From NCBI GenBank assembly GCA_037144095.1, contig JBAWXL010000003.1, positions 1 through 49,584 on the forward strand: a stretch of DNA of 49,584 nt, read 5' to 3'. This DNA comes from Bacteroidota bacterium. Lineage in GTDB: Bacteria; Bacteroidota; Bacteroidia; Bacteroidales; CAIXTV01. This document shows positions 19,661-29,627 of this stretch, piece after piece. The notes under the pieces were generated by a model, which was not told the origin of the DNA, searched no databases, and worked only from the letters and a program-made list of their open reading frames with translations. Within the stretch, counting starts at the first letter, position 1, and the number at the start of each line of letters is the position of its first letter. A program made the translations under genes and the position numbers.

Positions 19661-20357
19661 TTATATTGCATCTTCAGTTCTGTTTGAGGATAATCACATT
19701 ATTATCATCAATAAGAAGCCTTCCGAAATTGTTCAGGGAGATAAAACCGGCGATACACCTTTAAGCGAAAAGGTCAAACTATATATTAAAGAAAAATATG
19801 AGAAGCCCGGCAATGTATATCTGGGGGTGGTGCATCGTATCGACCGTCCGGTAAGTGGCATTGTATTGTTTGCCCGCACCGATAAAGCCCTCACAAGGCT
19901 GAATAATATGCTTCGTGATAAAGAAATTTCTAAGAAATATTGGGCGGTGGTGAAAAACAAGCCTCCCGCTGAGGCTGGTAATCTGAAAAATTATATTAAA
20001 AAGAATGAAGCCAATAATAAATCATATATCCTTCAAGAAGGCGATAAAGGATTTAAGGAAGCGCAGTATGCTGAATTGAATTACCGTCTCATTGCCCAAA
20101 GCGAACAATATTATTTATTAGAAGTTGAACTTCTCACTGGACGACATCATCAAATCAGGGCGCAACTTTCTGAAATCGGGTGCCCTATCAAAGGAGATGT
20201 GAAATATGGAGCTAACAGAACCAATCCCGATGCTTCCATTCATCTTCATGCCCGCAGCATACGATTTATTCACCCTGTTTCACAACAAGAGGTCTATATT
20301 GTTGCTCCTCCTCCGGCGGAGTCGTTGTGGGATTATTTTAGGGCTGTTTTAGGTTAG
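19641..20357 (+). CDS. RluA-family RNA pseudouridine synthase
   Basis: [29 protein letters not shown]. Confidence 0.93.
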   Translation: MRENNIDYIASSVLFEDNHIIIINKKPSEIVQGDKTGDTPLSEKVKLYIKEKYEKPGNVYLGVVHRIDRPVSGIVLFARTDKALTRLNNMLRDKEISKKYWAVVKNKPPAEAGNLKNYIKKNEANNKSYILQEGDKGFKEAQYAELNYRLIAQSEQYYLLEVELLTGRHHQIRAQLSEIGCPIKGDVKYGANRTNPDASIHLHARSIRFIHPVSQQEVYIVAPPPAESLWDYFRAVLG

Positions 20358-21777
20358 GATACAATCCGTTTATCCACTTCGTCATATACTCCAGCACTTC
20401 TGGATGTATAGTTTCTTCAATACGCGAATATTCTTTCATTAAACCGGTGTCACAAAGCTGAAAGAGGTGATTTAATCCATCAAATTTCTTAATAGTATAT
20501 TGCTTGTTCTTCCCTTTCTTTAAGGCATTTTCAATTGCAGGGAGATTAATATTGGCATCCACCTGAAGGTCTTTTGCTCCATTCATGGCAAGGACAGGAC
20601 ATTTAACCTTTGCCAGATATTTTGCCGGATCTGTCTTCAGAAAAGTCTTAAACCAGGGGACTAAGAGTGTCATTATAGCTCTTTCGCGATTGGCAAAGTC
20701 AAGACCTTTATCTTCAATTTCTTTTTCAGATAAACCTTCACTATGCTTTTTGAAAACCTTTTCGATTTCCTCTCTTGCTTTCTTATTGTCATCAGTTGTC
20801 ATTACAATTTGATACAATTCCTTATTTATCAAATTATCTTCAGCAATTTCTGTAGTATCTTTCCCCATAGCCTTTGAAATCTGGGCTGATTGGGTTAGTA
20901 TGATGTCTTTTCCTGACACCCCTGGACCTGCCATTAACACAATAAACGACACCTTTTTATTCCCCGAAGCCACAATAGGCGCAATCAAACCGCCTTCGCT
21001 ATGTCCAATGATGCCAATATGACTTGCTTTGACAAATGGGTTCTTTTGAACAAAAGCTATTGCAGCATTAATATCCTTTACAAAATCAAAAGTAGTGGAA
21101 GTAGAAATATTTCCTCCCGAAGTACCAATTCCCCTGTCATCAATCCGAAGTACTGCTATCCCATTCCGTGTGAGGAAATCAGCAATGACTTTAAAAGGTT
21201 TATGACCCATCAATTCTTCATCTCTGTTCTGTTGCCCTGAGCCGGTAACCATAACTACCGTGATAAATGGTCCGTTTCCTTTGGGATAAGTCAAGGTGCC
21301 ACCCAAGGAAATGTTGTCTTTTTTATTTATAAAAGAAACTTCTTGTTCCAGATAAGGATAAGGCGGTTTAGGCTCCTGAGGTCTCCTCAGTTCATTTATT
21401 TTATTCACTTTCTTAATATTCAAAGTAAAAGACTTTCCACTTTGTTTCCAGCTTCCTTCCATAGTCGAATCGTTAATTAAATGTCCTTTATAAGAAGCAT
21501 TCAATTTCTTAACTTTTATTATCAGTGAATCTTCTCTGATAATAACTTCCGAAACGGCAATGTCTTTAACTCCCTGATCAGGGCTATCTAAAGAGGCGTG
21601 AATGCTGTCGTTTTCGAGATGTTTAATCTTAATTACCAGCTCCAATTCAGTTGAACCAACATTGATGTTTCCACTCCAATAGCCATCGAATTTTTTATTT
21701 TTCGAGGAATTTGTTTGCGAATATCCAATGGATAAAGCAAAAAAGAAGAGCATTAAAAAATATATTCTTTTGTTCAT
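20338..21777 (-). CDS. Secreted alpha/beta hydrolase (S9/S15-like)
   Basis: GHSEGG nucleophile, GAKDLQV, LNHLFQ. Confidence 0.9.
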   Translation of the reverse strand: MNKRIYFLMLFFFALSIGYSQTNSSKNKKFDGYWSGNINVGSTELELVIKIKHLENDSIHASLDSPDQGVKDIAVSEVIIREDSLIIKVKKLNASYKGHLINDSTMEGSWKQSGKSFTLNIKKVNKINELRRPQEPKPPYPYLEQEVSFINKKDNISLGGTLTYPKGNGPFITVVMVTGSGQQNRDEELMGHKPFKVIADFLTRNGIAVLRIDDRGIGTSGGNISTSTTFDFVKDINAAIAFVQKNPFVKASHIGIIGHSEGGLIAPIVASGNKKVSFIVLMAGPGVSGKDIILTQSAQISKAMGKDTTEIAEDNLINKELYQIVMTTDDNKKAREEIEKVFKKHSEGLSEKEIEDKGLDFANRERAIMTLLVPWFKTFLKTDPAKYLAKVKCPVLAMNGAKDLQVDANINLPAIENALKKGKNKQYTIKKFDGLNHLFQLCDTGLMKEYSRIEETIHPEVLEYMTKWINGLYPNLKQP

Positions 21778-21780
21778 AAT

Positions 21781-22869
21781 TTATTGTTGTTGTCTTTTTC
21801 TAAAATGAAGGGAATCGCCCCATTCATTATAACCAATTTTGTCGCCCGCCATCGCAATACGCGCTTCGAGACAGTTTTTACACTCGGAAGCTTCTTCGTC
21901 TATGCAAGGTTTGTCTTCATATAACAAATAATCTTCGCGGTATTTTACCGGAGTAAGATTAGGCATAATAATATTGGCTCCCACCATCAGTGCTTTTTCC
22001 CTGCCTTGCTTATCGAGTGTTTGCATGGCTGTTGTGGCGGCAATGTTAATGTCCTTCATCATGATGCGAAGTATGGCAACCATTTTTAATGACAAAATGA
22101 ACCTGTCTTCTTTGGGCATCAATTGCTCTTTGAACTGAAATAAGGGAGTATCCTCATGTTCGATATAGGGTCCCATGCCAGCCATATCAATATCCATATC
22201 ATAAAAAAACTGAAGATCGTCGGCAAGATGTTCAATTTGCTGAAAAGGGAGACCTATCATGACTCCTGTCCCCACATTGTATCCGATTTTCCTCAGCAGA
22301 CGGAGACAATCCAAACGTTCATCATAGTCATGTTTTGCATTTTGCGGATGCAATTTATAATACAATTCTCTGTTTGAAGTTTCAATACGAAGCAAATAGC
22401 GATGTGCACCTGCTTCGAACCATTTGCGATAGGTTTCTTCACTTTGTTCGCCTAAAGACAGGGTAATTCCAAGTTTATCGCCTGAAATATCTTTTATCCG
22501 ATTTAATAAATTGATTATCGTATCAACAAATTGCTTATCCGTTCTTTCGCCCGACTGCAACACCATAGACCCATAGCCATTTTCGAAAGCATATTTCGCC
22601 GCTTCTACCACTTCATCTTCAGTCACAAAATAGCGGTGGACTTTTTTATTGTCGAGTCGGATGCCGCAATAATAACAATTCTTAGAACAAATGTTCGACA
22701 GTTCAACCAGACCTCTGTAGTAGACTTTCTTCCCTACATGTATTGATTTAATTTCAGCCGAACGGGCAAAGAGTTTCTTCCTATCTTGCTCATTGCATTT
22801 CAGTAAGCAGATTAAATCTTCCCGCGTGAAAGTTTCTTTTTTAAGTATTTCTTCAACCGTAAGCTTCAT
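21781..22869 (-). CDS. hydE: [FeFe]-hydrogenase maturase HydE (radical SAM)
   Basis: CSKNCYYC, RYLLRIET, GANIIMPN; adjacent to hydF. Confidence 0.9.
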   Translation of the reverse strand: MKLTVEEILKKETFTREDLICLLKCNEQDRKKLFARSAEIKSIHVGKKVYYRGLVELSNICSKNCYYCGIRLDNKKVHRYFVTEDEVVEAAKYAFENGYGSMVLQSGERTDKQFVDTIINLLNRIKDISGDKLGITLSLGEQSEETYRKWFEAGAHRYLLRIETSNRELYYKLHPQNAKHDYDERLDCLRLLRKIGYNVGTGVMIGLPFQQIEHLADDLQFFYDMDIDMAGMGPYIEHEDTPLFQFKEQLMPKEDRFILSLKMVAILRIMMKDINIAATTAMQTLDKQGREKALMVGANIIMPNLTPVKYREDYLLYEDKPCIDEEASECKNCLEARIAMAGDKIGYNEWGDSLHFRKRQQQ

Positions 22870-22878
22870 TCTAATTCC

Positions 22879-24108
22879 TTATAAATATTCTAAATTATTC
22901 TTTTCAAATTCAACAAAGGGAGCCACTGCCCTATTGAAAATTCCGTGTACATAAGCAATGGTCATTCCATAATTGGAAACCGGAATTCCGGCATCGATTG
23001 CCGGCTTCAAACGGTTCAATACCTGTTTGCGGGTGAGGACACAACCCCCACATTGTATCACCATGGCATAGTCATGAATGTCGTTTGGTAACTTGTTCAA
23101 ACCTGTTACTACTTCATACGTCAAATTCTTCCCTGTATAATTGCTCAACCAGCGGGGTATTTTCATTCTTCCAATGTCGTCGCATGAAACATGATGTGTA
23201 CATGATTCGAGTATCAATATCTTGTCACCATCTTTTAATTGAGAAATGTGCGGAGTGCCTTTAAGATAGTTTCTAAAGTCACATTTCTGTCGCGCTAAAA
23301 TAATGCTGAAACTGGTCAGCGGAATTTCTTTTGGAATAGAAGCATCTACTTTCAGAAACACCTGACTGTCGGTTACGACCAAAGCCGGTTTTGGATTCAT
23401 TATTCTCAAAAAGGAATCCAACTCTCTTTCTTTCAGCACCACTGCAATGGCATCATTATCCAATGTATCGCGTATGGTTTGAACCTGAGGGAGTATCATC
23501 CTGCCTTCGGGAGCTTCGGCATCAATGGGAGTTACCAGCAAAACCACATCCCCATGGTTTATCAAGTTTCCTATTAGAGATTTTGACTGATAAGCACTTT
23601 CTGGAACCATCTTGTTGATGGTGTCAATGATAATCTGTGTTTGAGGTTGGTTTAGGGAGCAAAAATCAAGAACAATAGATTTATAAGCATTCTCCAGTAT
23701 GGATTTCAGTACGGGTGAAAGGACTTGAATATCCGATTTATTATGTACAACAAAAAAGGGAACTCCATATTCAGTAAAGTTGTCAATGAGTTTCTTTTCG
23801 GGTTCGGCAAAGAGATTTTCGTTGATGATTAGTATCGCCAAATCTATTGTCTTTAAAGCCTCGAGCGTTTTCGAAACCCTTTTGGCACCCAACTCGCCAA
23901 CATCATCAATGCCTGCGGTATCAATCAGAATCACCGGACCAATGCCGGGAATTTCTATTGATTTCTTTACCGGGTCGGTAGTTGTCCCTGCAAAATCGGA
24001 CACTATGGACAATTCCTGCCCAACCAAAGCATTGATAAAAGAACTTTTACCATTGTTTCGCCTGCCAAAAATTCCGATATGTGGTTTATTGTCTTTCCCT
24101 TTTGACAT
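22879..24108 (-). CDS. hydF: [FeFe]-hydrogenase maturation GTPase HydF
   Basis: GRRNNGKS, GTTTDPV, DTAG, ESCTHH, QCGGC. Confidence 0.95.
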   Translation of the reverse strand: MSKGKDNKPHIGIFGRRNNGKSSFINALVGQELSIVSDFAGTTTDPVKKSIEIPGIGPVILIDTAGIDDVGELGAKRVSKTLEALKTIDLAILIINENLFAEPEKKLIDNFTEYGVPFFVVHNKSDIQVLSPVLKSILENAYKSIVLDFCSLNQPQTQIIIDTINKMVPESAYQSKSLIGNLINHGDVVLLVTPIDAEAPEGRMILPQVQTIRDTLDNDAIAVVLKERELDSFLRIMNPKPALVVTDSQVFLKVDASIPKEIPLTSFSIILARQKCDFRNYLKGTPHISQLKDGDKILILESCTHHVSCDDIGRMKIPRWLSNYTGKNLTYEVVTGLNKLPNDIHDYAMVIQCGGCVLTRKQVLNRLKPAIDAGIPVSNYGMTIAYVHGIFNRAVAPFVEFEKNNLEYL

Positions 24109-24117
24109 TTAGTTGAA

Positions 24118-24447
24118 TTATATCTTTTCGAGTTTAACGGCAGTTCCATAGGCTAAAACTTCAGTGACGCCACTCATTACATCATTGGCATCATAACGCA
24201 TTCCAATAATACCATTAGCTCCTAAGGCATCGGCATGTTGCATCATGATTTCAAATGATTCCTGACGGGTTTGTTCGCAAAGATCTCTATAAATAGAAAT
24301 ATTGCCACCAAATAAGGTTTGAAAACCTCCTGCAATATTGCCAATTAAGCTACGTGAACGAACCGTAATGCCTCTTACCACACCTAAATAGGCAGTGATT
24401 CGATAACCTTCAAATTCAAACGAAGTAATTACTTTTGATTTTTCCAT
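24118..24447 (-). CDS. YbjQ/UPF0145 family protein
   Basis: YLGVVRG..GG.I..Y..GANGIIGMRYD..EVLAYGTAV. Confidence 0.9.
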   Translation of the reverse strand: MEKSKVITSFEFEGYRITAYLGVVRGITVRSRSLIGNIAGGFQTLFGGNISIYRDLCEQTRQESFEIMMQHADALGANGIIGMRYDANDVMSGVTEVLAYGTAVKLEKI

Positions 24448-24639
24448 GATTTTTTATGTTTAATTATATTTAAAACAAGTTCTTAGTTAAATAGTTCCAA
24501 CATTCTAATTGACTTTATTTGTAAACGGAATATTGGTCTGCAAATATCATTTATTTTTTCCATTCTCACTGTTTTTCCATTGATTTTAGATATGAAATTC
24601 AGGTTTTATTTTATTCATGGTCATTTTGAATTATCTCTA

Positions 24640-25713
24640 TTATTGGTTGTGAATAAGATCAATATAAACAGGCAAATGGTCGCTGAAGCCTCCGATATAT
24701 TTCATACCCGAATAAGTTCTGAAAGGTTTTTTACCGGTATAAGTTGCATCATCCTCAAGCAAAAAATCAGCTTTGAATATCTGTGCCCCTGCTGAAGTAA
24801 TTTGTAAACCATTTTTCCGAACAAATAAAGGTGCGGATAGGATGATTTGGTCGATAATCGACCAAGTTCCCTGATATTTATTGGTGCCTTCTTTGCCTGT
24901 TTTGCTATACATCATATTTACCAAAGCAGGCATGGAATGAGTTACTGTATCAGGTAGGGCTTTTAATACTTGCGAAATGCTTTCGTCGAAAGGTTCGTCG
25001 TTAAAATCGCCTGCAATGAGGATGTTTGCATTTGGATTAGAAGTAAAAATAGTATCGGTTGCAGCTTTCAACACACTCGCCACATATTTCCTTCGAGGCA
25101 TGGAAGCTTCGTAACCTCCTAAGCGGGAAGGCCAGTGATTGACAAAGATATTGATGGTATCTTTTGAAGATAATATCCCTTTTAAATACAGAATATCGCG
25201 GGTTGTTGATTCGGGCTGATCGGGAAAAGTAATATTGATAGCACGATGATAGAGTTCTTTGAACTTCTCTTTTCGATAAATCATGGCAACATCTATTCCT
25301 CTTGCATCGGGCGATTCTTCATGTACAATTCCAAAGCGAAATGCTTTCAGGGGTGTGGAATAGATAAGTCTGTTTAAAACATAACGGTTTTCTATTTCGG
25401 CGAGCATGATGATATCAGGGACTTCCCATCCTCCTAAGGTTATTATGGTTTTGGCAATATGATTCAGTTTGTTGTAGAACTTCCATTTTGTCCAGTGGTA
25501 GTTTCCTTCAGGAGTGAAATCAATATCATTTTTAACTGAATCTTTGATAGTATCGAAAGTGTTTTCAGTGTTATAAAACATGATACGAAAAGCATTTTTC
25601 CCACGAACATCATCCTTAAAAACATATTCTTTATCCTTTTTGGCAACATGAGTCTGTTGTGCCATGAGGCTGACCCATATTAGAAATAGGATAGGAAGAA
25701 ACAGTTTTTTCAC
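24640..25713 (-). CDS. Secreted endonuclease/exonuclease/phosphatase
   Basis: FYNTEN, EIEN, NHWPSR, GDFND, SDHLPV. Confidence 0.9.
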   Translation of the reverse strand: MKKLFLPILFLIWVSLMAQQTHVAKKDKEYVFKDDVRGKNAFRIMFYNTENTFDTIKDSVKNDIDFTPEGNYHWTKWKFYNKLNHIAKTIITLGGWEVPDIIMLAEIENRYVLNRLIYSTPLKAFRFGIVHEESPDARGIDVAMIYRKEKFKELYHRAINITFPDQPESTTRDILYLKGILSSKDTINIFVNHWPSRLGGYEASMPRRKYVASVLKAATDTIFTSNPNANILIAGDFNDEPFDESISQVLKALPDTVTHSMPALVNMMYSKTGKEGTNKYQGTWSIIDQIILSAPLFVRKNGLQITSAGAQIFKADFLLEDDATYTGKKPFRTYSGMKYIGGFSDHLPVYIDLIHNQ

Positions 25714-25738
25714 TTGGATTAATTTTCTTACAAAGATA
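25697..25738. repeat. 42-bp direct repeat copy 1 (promoter plus start codon)
   Basis: 40/42 identical to 27121-27162. Confidence 0.85.
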
Positions 25739-25808
25739 ATGAATATTAAAATTCAAAGAACAAAAATTCAAGAGTTTAATACTTTAATGTTAATCACATT
25801 CCCAATTT

Positions 25809-27137
25809 TTATTGTTTAAAAAACTTTTGATTAAATTGATTTTTACCCTTAAAATAAATAAAATATAATCCACTTCTTAGATTTGAAATATTGATTTGAG
25901 TAGATTCTGATAGAGTAAGTTCTTTTGACAGTCTCCCCATAGAGTCATAAATTTCAATTTGTTGATTAGCATTTTTATTGTCTTTAAATAAAATGTTTAA
26001 TATTTGATCGGCTGGGTTAGGGTAAATTGAAAAATTGATTTCACTCTTATTAGAGGTTAAAACTGATGTTGGATTACATTGCAAACCTTCTGAAACGAGC
26101 TTATTGTTTGTGTTTTGAATTGTTATGGCTAGAGAAGTATCGGATATATCCGCACCATAAATTTCAAGATATCGCATTCCAAAACTTAATGCTTTGTTTA
26201 CTGCTGAATCAAGAACTACTGTTTTTGCGTTTGGTAAAATACCACATTGATTCATACGGGTTGGTCCATCTTGAACACTCCAAAGCATTTGAGCTCCTGT
26301 CTGGCAATAGTTCTGTTGCATAATGTACCATTGGCTGCCTGAACTGATGTTTGAAGGTGGGTTACATGCTGAAATATCCTCACGAAACAAACCAAATCTA
26401 TCAGGGTAATTTGCTATTCCATAATTACAGTAAATGGAGGCAAGATAGTTTCTGGGCTGTCCTGTTGCACTTGGCTGAAATAACACATAATCTACTGAAC
26501 ACCATAAAGGAGTAGAGGGAAATAATGACATATAATAGTCTGTTATTTGATTCATTAAATGCCCCAAAGTATCCGCATTATAATTGTAAGTGGTCCAAAA
26601 TGCTTGCTGTATTAAAAGAGTAGTGTCGGTAAGCACTGTATCCGGTAAGCCTCTTGAAAAAGCAACACCAATAGCATTTATGTATGATACAGTTGAGTTA
26701 TTTGAATATTTAAGCGATAAATGTTGCAGCAAATTTTTATACCTGATCACATAGATGCTATCCCAGGGAATTACATTGTATACAACTTGTCCGTAGGTTG
26801 AATGTGCTGAATTTTTGTCGATATAATAATACTGTTTTGCCCCGATGCTATCTAGCCAATGCGGCACGCCTAAAGGCTGTAAGGAGACTTTTTTATGATA
26901 CGTAATTGCATTGGCAATTTCATTGTCAATAAAGGTCCAATCGAAATTGTTAGGGGTTTGTTCTAAATTGTCCCACTTAAAACGAACAACCACGCCACTA
27001 ATATCTGGATTGCTATAATTTGCTGCACTTACAGTAATATTTGCAGTCCCTAAATAAAACACTCCACTTTGTCCAATAAATTGTGCCTGACTTTTTATGG
27101 AAATAATAAAACAGATTATCAGAAATAGTTTTTTCAC
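25809..27137 (-). CDS. T9SS-secreted glycoside-hydrolase-like (TIM-barrel) protein
   Basis: GVVVRFKWDNLEQ..FDW; C-terminal IYPNPA..IYDSMGR..SGLYFI..KFFKQ. Confidence 0.7.
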   Translation of the reverse strand: MKKLFLIICFIISIKSQAQFIGQSGVFYLGTANITVSAANYSNPDISGVVVRFKWDNLEQTPNNFDWTFIDNEIANAITYHKKVSLQPLGVPHWLDSIGAKQYYYIDKNSAHSTYGQVVYNVIPWDSIYVIRYKNLLQHLSLKYSNNSTVSYINAIGVAFSRGLPDTVLTDTTLLIQQAFWTTYNYNADTLGHLMNQITDYYMSLFPSTPLWCSVDYVLFQPSATGQPRNYLASIYCNYGIANYPDRFGLFREDISACNPPSNISSGSQWYIMQQNYCQTGAQMLWSVQDGPTRMNQCGILPNAKTVVLDSAVNKALSFGMRYLEIYGADISDTSLAITIQNTNNKLVSEGLQCNPTSVLTSNKSEINFSIYPNPADQILNILFKDNKNANQQIEIYDSMGRLSKELTLSESTQINISNLRSGLYFIYFKGKNQFNQKFFKQ

Positions 27138-27162
27138 TTGAATTAATTTTCTTACAAAGATA
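27121..27162. repeat. 42-bp direct repeat copy 2
   Basis: Matches 25697-25738. Confidence 0.85.
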
Positions 27163-27171
27163 CTAATTTAA

Positions 27172-27337
27172 AAGACCCAAGTCCCAAATTTCAAATTCCA
27201 AGACCCAAGGGGTGCGTCGTTAGTTTTAAAGTTTCTTTCTCTTGGAATTTTGTGTTTGGCACTTTTCCTTCAGTCTTCAGCCTAAAATCCTTTAGCCTTT
27301 TTCCCCCTTGGATCTTGAAGTTTGGGACTTGAATCTT
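27172..27337. repeat. Composite REP-like element with heptamer inverted arms and CCTTCAGCCTAA-type motifs
   Basis: aagaccc aagtccc aaatttc aaattcc aagaccc aaggggtgc, with a complementary arm at 27303-27337. Near-identical to 31553-31596. Confidence 0.75.
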
Positions 27338-27338
27338 A

Positions 27339-27908
27339 TCAAAGCCCTAAATCGTCGGCTATGGTTTTCATAGCCTCTATGGATATTTCGGCAAATTCGG
27401 CTATGGGAATGCCAATGATTTCGCATTCGAGAATATTTTCGCGTTTAACGGAAGCGGCAAATGCTTTTTCTTTCATCCGCTTGGTGACCGATTTGGGTTT
27501 AACGGAAGCTATCTTCTTATCGGGATACACCAAAGTGGTGGCAGTAATCAAACCGGTGATGGTTTCTCCTGCTGCCAGAGCATGTTGAAACACTGTTGAG
27601 CGCGGCTTTGGACTCGAATATTCATTATGCGTACTGATGGCATCAATAACTTCTTCGTCCACCCCTGCCTTGCGCAATATTTCAATGCAAACCTGTCCGT
27701 GTGTGGCAGCATCGGCATTGGTGATTTCTACATCCACATCGTGCAGCAAACCTGCCATTGCCCACTTTTCGGGGTCGTGATTCATTCTGACAGCCAAATG
27801 TCGCATCACCGCCTCCGAGGCAAGGCAATGGGCTATCATGCTTTCTTTTTTAATATATTGATGAAGTAATTTCAATGCTTCATCGCGGGTGATTCCTGAG
27901 GAGGTCAT
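27339..27908 (-). CDS. HD/HDIG-domain phosphohydrolase
   Basis: HCLASEAVM, GLLHDVD, KAFAASV.RE.I. Confidence 0.9.
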   Translation of the reverse strand: MTSSGITRDEALKLLHQYIKKESMIAHCLASEAVMRHLAVRMNHDPEKWAMAGLLHDVDVEITNADAATHGQVCIEILRKAGVDEEVIDAISTHNEYSSPKPRSTVFQHALAAGETITGLITATTLVYPDKKIASVKPKSVTKRMKEKAFAASVKRENILECEIIGIPIAEFAEISIEAMKTIADDLGL

Positions 27909-27909
27909 T

Positions 27910-27963
27910 TTGAGGTTGAGGTTAAGGTTGAGATTGAGGATAAGGTTGAGGTTAAGGTTAAGG
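27910..27963. repeat. Hexamer repeat TTRAGG x9 filling the intergenic gap
   Basis: ttgagg ttgagg ttaagg ttgaga ttgagg ataagg ttgagg ttaagg ttaagg. Confidence 0.85.
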
Positions 27964-28896
27964 TTAATGAATGTCGAGACCGTATTTCATGTAAATGGCG
28001 TGTTGCAGGAGGGGAATAATCACACTCATGTATTCTTTCACAGCATTTACGCTGCCGGGCAAAGCGAAAATGAGGGTGTTTTGCGAAATGCCTGCCACAC
28101 TGCGACTGAGCAATGCATTGGGTTTTTCTGCTCCGAACTTCATTCGCACCATTTCCATTATGCCGGGCAATTGTTTTTCAATTAAAGGCAAAAGGGTTTC
28201 GGGGGTGATGTCGCGGGGACCTATTCCTGTGCCACCACAAGTAAAAACAATATCGGTTTGTTTCTTGATTTCTTTTGTAACAAGGGTGGTCAGCATTTCG
28301 GCATCGTCGGGAATCACCTGACGACTGACCGAAAATTTTCGTTGGTTCTTATCAAAATAATCGCTCAACGTATCGGCAATCAACACCCCCGAACGGTCTT
28401 CATAAACGCCACTGCTGGCACGGTCGCTCATGGTTATCACACAAGCTTTAATCACTTTAGGTTCATACACTCCCACATCGCCTGCCTTGATGCTTCCCGT
28501 TTTAATCACCCTTGCAAACACCCCTTCTTTGGGCATGATGCAATTGCCAACCTCTGTATAGATGGCACATTTATCGCCATGACAATGCTTGCCTATTTGG
28601 GTGATTTCGAGCACACATTTGCCAATGAAAAGTTTATCCAGTGGTTTCACTTTGGGCAAATCAATTCCTTTGGTGGTGAGGTTTTCGGCAAACTCGCCAA
28701 ATTGCATCTTGCGTTTGGCTTGCTTCTCAAACTTTTTGATACTTTCGATGCCCAAAAAACTCAGCTGACGGTTCCAATCGCCGGCATGAGCATCGTTTTT
28801 GATTCCCTTTTTATCAATCTGGATTTCTTCAACTGCTTCTTTTACGGTTCCTTTTTTAGTGGAAATATTTACGGATAGTATTTCAAATTCTGGCAT
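27964..28896 (-). CDS. MOSC + MogA/MoaB molybdopterin adenylyltransferase fusion
   Basis: N-terminal DAHAG.WNRQLS, FAENLT, QIGK.CH; C-terminal TCGGTGIGPRDITPE, LPGS. Confidence 0.9.
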   Translation of the reverse strand: MPEFEILSVNISTKKGTVKEAVEEIQIDKKGIKNDAHAGDWNRQLSFLGIESIKKFEKQAKRKMQFGEFAENLTTKGIDLPKVKPLDKLFIGKCVLEITQIGKHCHGDKCAIYTEVGNCIMPKEGVFARVIKTGSIKAGDVGVYEPKVIKACVITMSDRASSGVYEDRSGVLIADTLSDYFDKNQRKFSVSRQVIPDDAEMLTTLVTKEIKKQTDIVFTCGGTGIGPRDITPETLLPLIEKQLPGIMEMVRMKFGAEKPNALLSRSVAGISQNTLIFALPGSVNAVKEYMSVIIPLLQHAIYMKYGLDIH

Positions 28897-29017
28897 TTTT
28901 CAAGCTTGTTTAGGCTGAAGGCTTTCGGTGGTAAATCAAAAAGTTTGCAAATTTGCAGTATCTGTCTGCCATTTAAAGCAATCGCCTGTTATGTAATCGT
29001 GATAGTTAATATTTATT

Positions 29018-29626
29018 TTAATCTAAAATTGTAAAGCGATAGGGGAAATCATTAATCTCTATTTTCTGGTTGTGAATTTTTTTCCCTTCGTATCTTTCTA
29101 ATGAAATTCGTCTTGCTGCAATATGCCCTTTGTCATTTAACCCAAAAATGTCAATTGTGGTTTGTGCTTTTCTTATCTTACTTGCTGTCAATGCTGGATG
29201 TGGTTTAATTTCATGAGAGTTATAAGAGTAAATAAAATAATCGTCAAAAGAGTAGTCATTTGAATCAGGTCTTAGTAAGTATTGATTGTATTGTTCTAAT
29301 TTATATTGTTGGCAATTTTGACAACAATAATAAAGGTTTTCCCATTGGCAAACTAAATCGTAATACGCCGGCCTTGATTTAGGTTTGAAATGGTCTATAG
29401 AATCTTCTTTACTTCTTATTGGAAAATTGTCGCAGAAAGAACAATGGTTGTCTGTTAATGCGGCTAATAGAGGCTCAAGCAAAGTGTTTATTTTTACTCT
29501 TTTATAAGTAGGCCACTGAAAAGGAAAACCAGTATTCTTTTTTCTGTTGTTTATATAACTATTGCCCCATTTTTTCCACCTACTTTTGAGAAAGTCTGGG
29601 GATTCTCCTCTGATAAACTTTCTCAT
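29018..29626 (-). CDS. HNH endonuclease, PtuB/TIGR02646-like
   Basis: HCSFCD..IDHFKPKS..WENLYYCCQNCQ..K; LLRPD; TTIDIFGLN. Confidence 0.8.
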   Translation of the reverse strand: MRKFIRGESPDFLKSRWKKWGNSYINNRKKNTGFPFQWPTYKRVKINTLLEPLLAALTDNHCSFCDNFPIRSKEDSIDHFKPKSRPAYYDLVCQWENLYYCCQNCQQYKLEQYNQYLLRPDSNDYSFDDYFIYSYNSHEIKPHPALTASKIRKAQTTIDIFGLNDKGHIAARRISLERYEGKKIHNQKIEINDFPYRFTILD

Positions 29627-29627
29627 T

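Noticed and set aside
27889-28878. Plus-strand ORFs, including the RLRLRL 98-aa and the 206-aa ORF
   Set aside because: Antisense shadows of MOSC-mogA and of the hexamer repeat.
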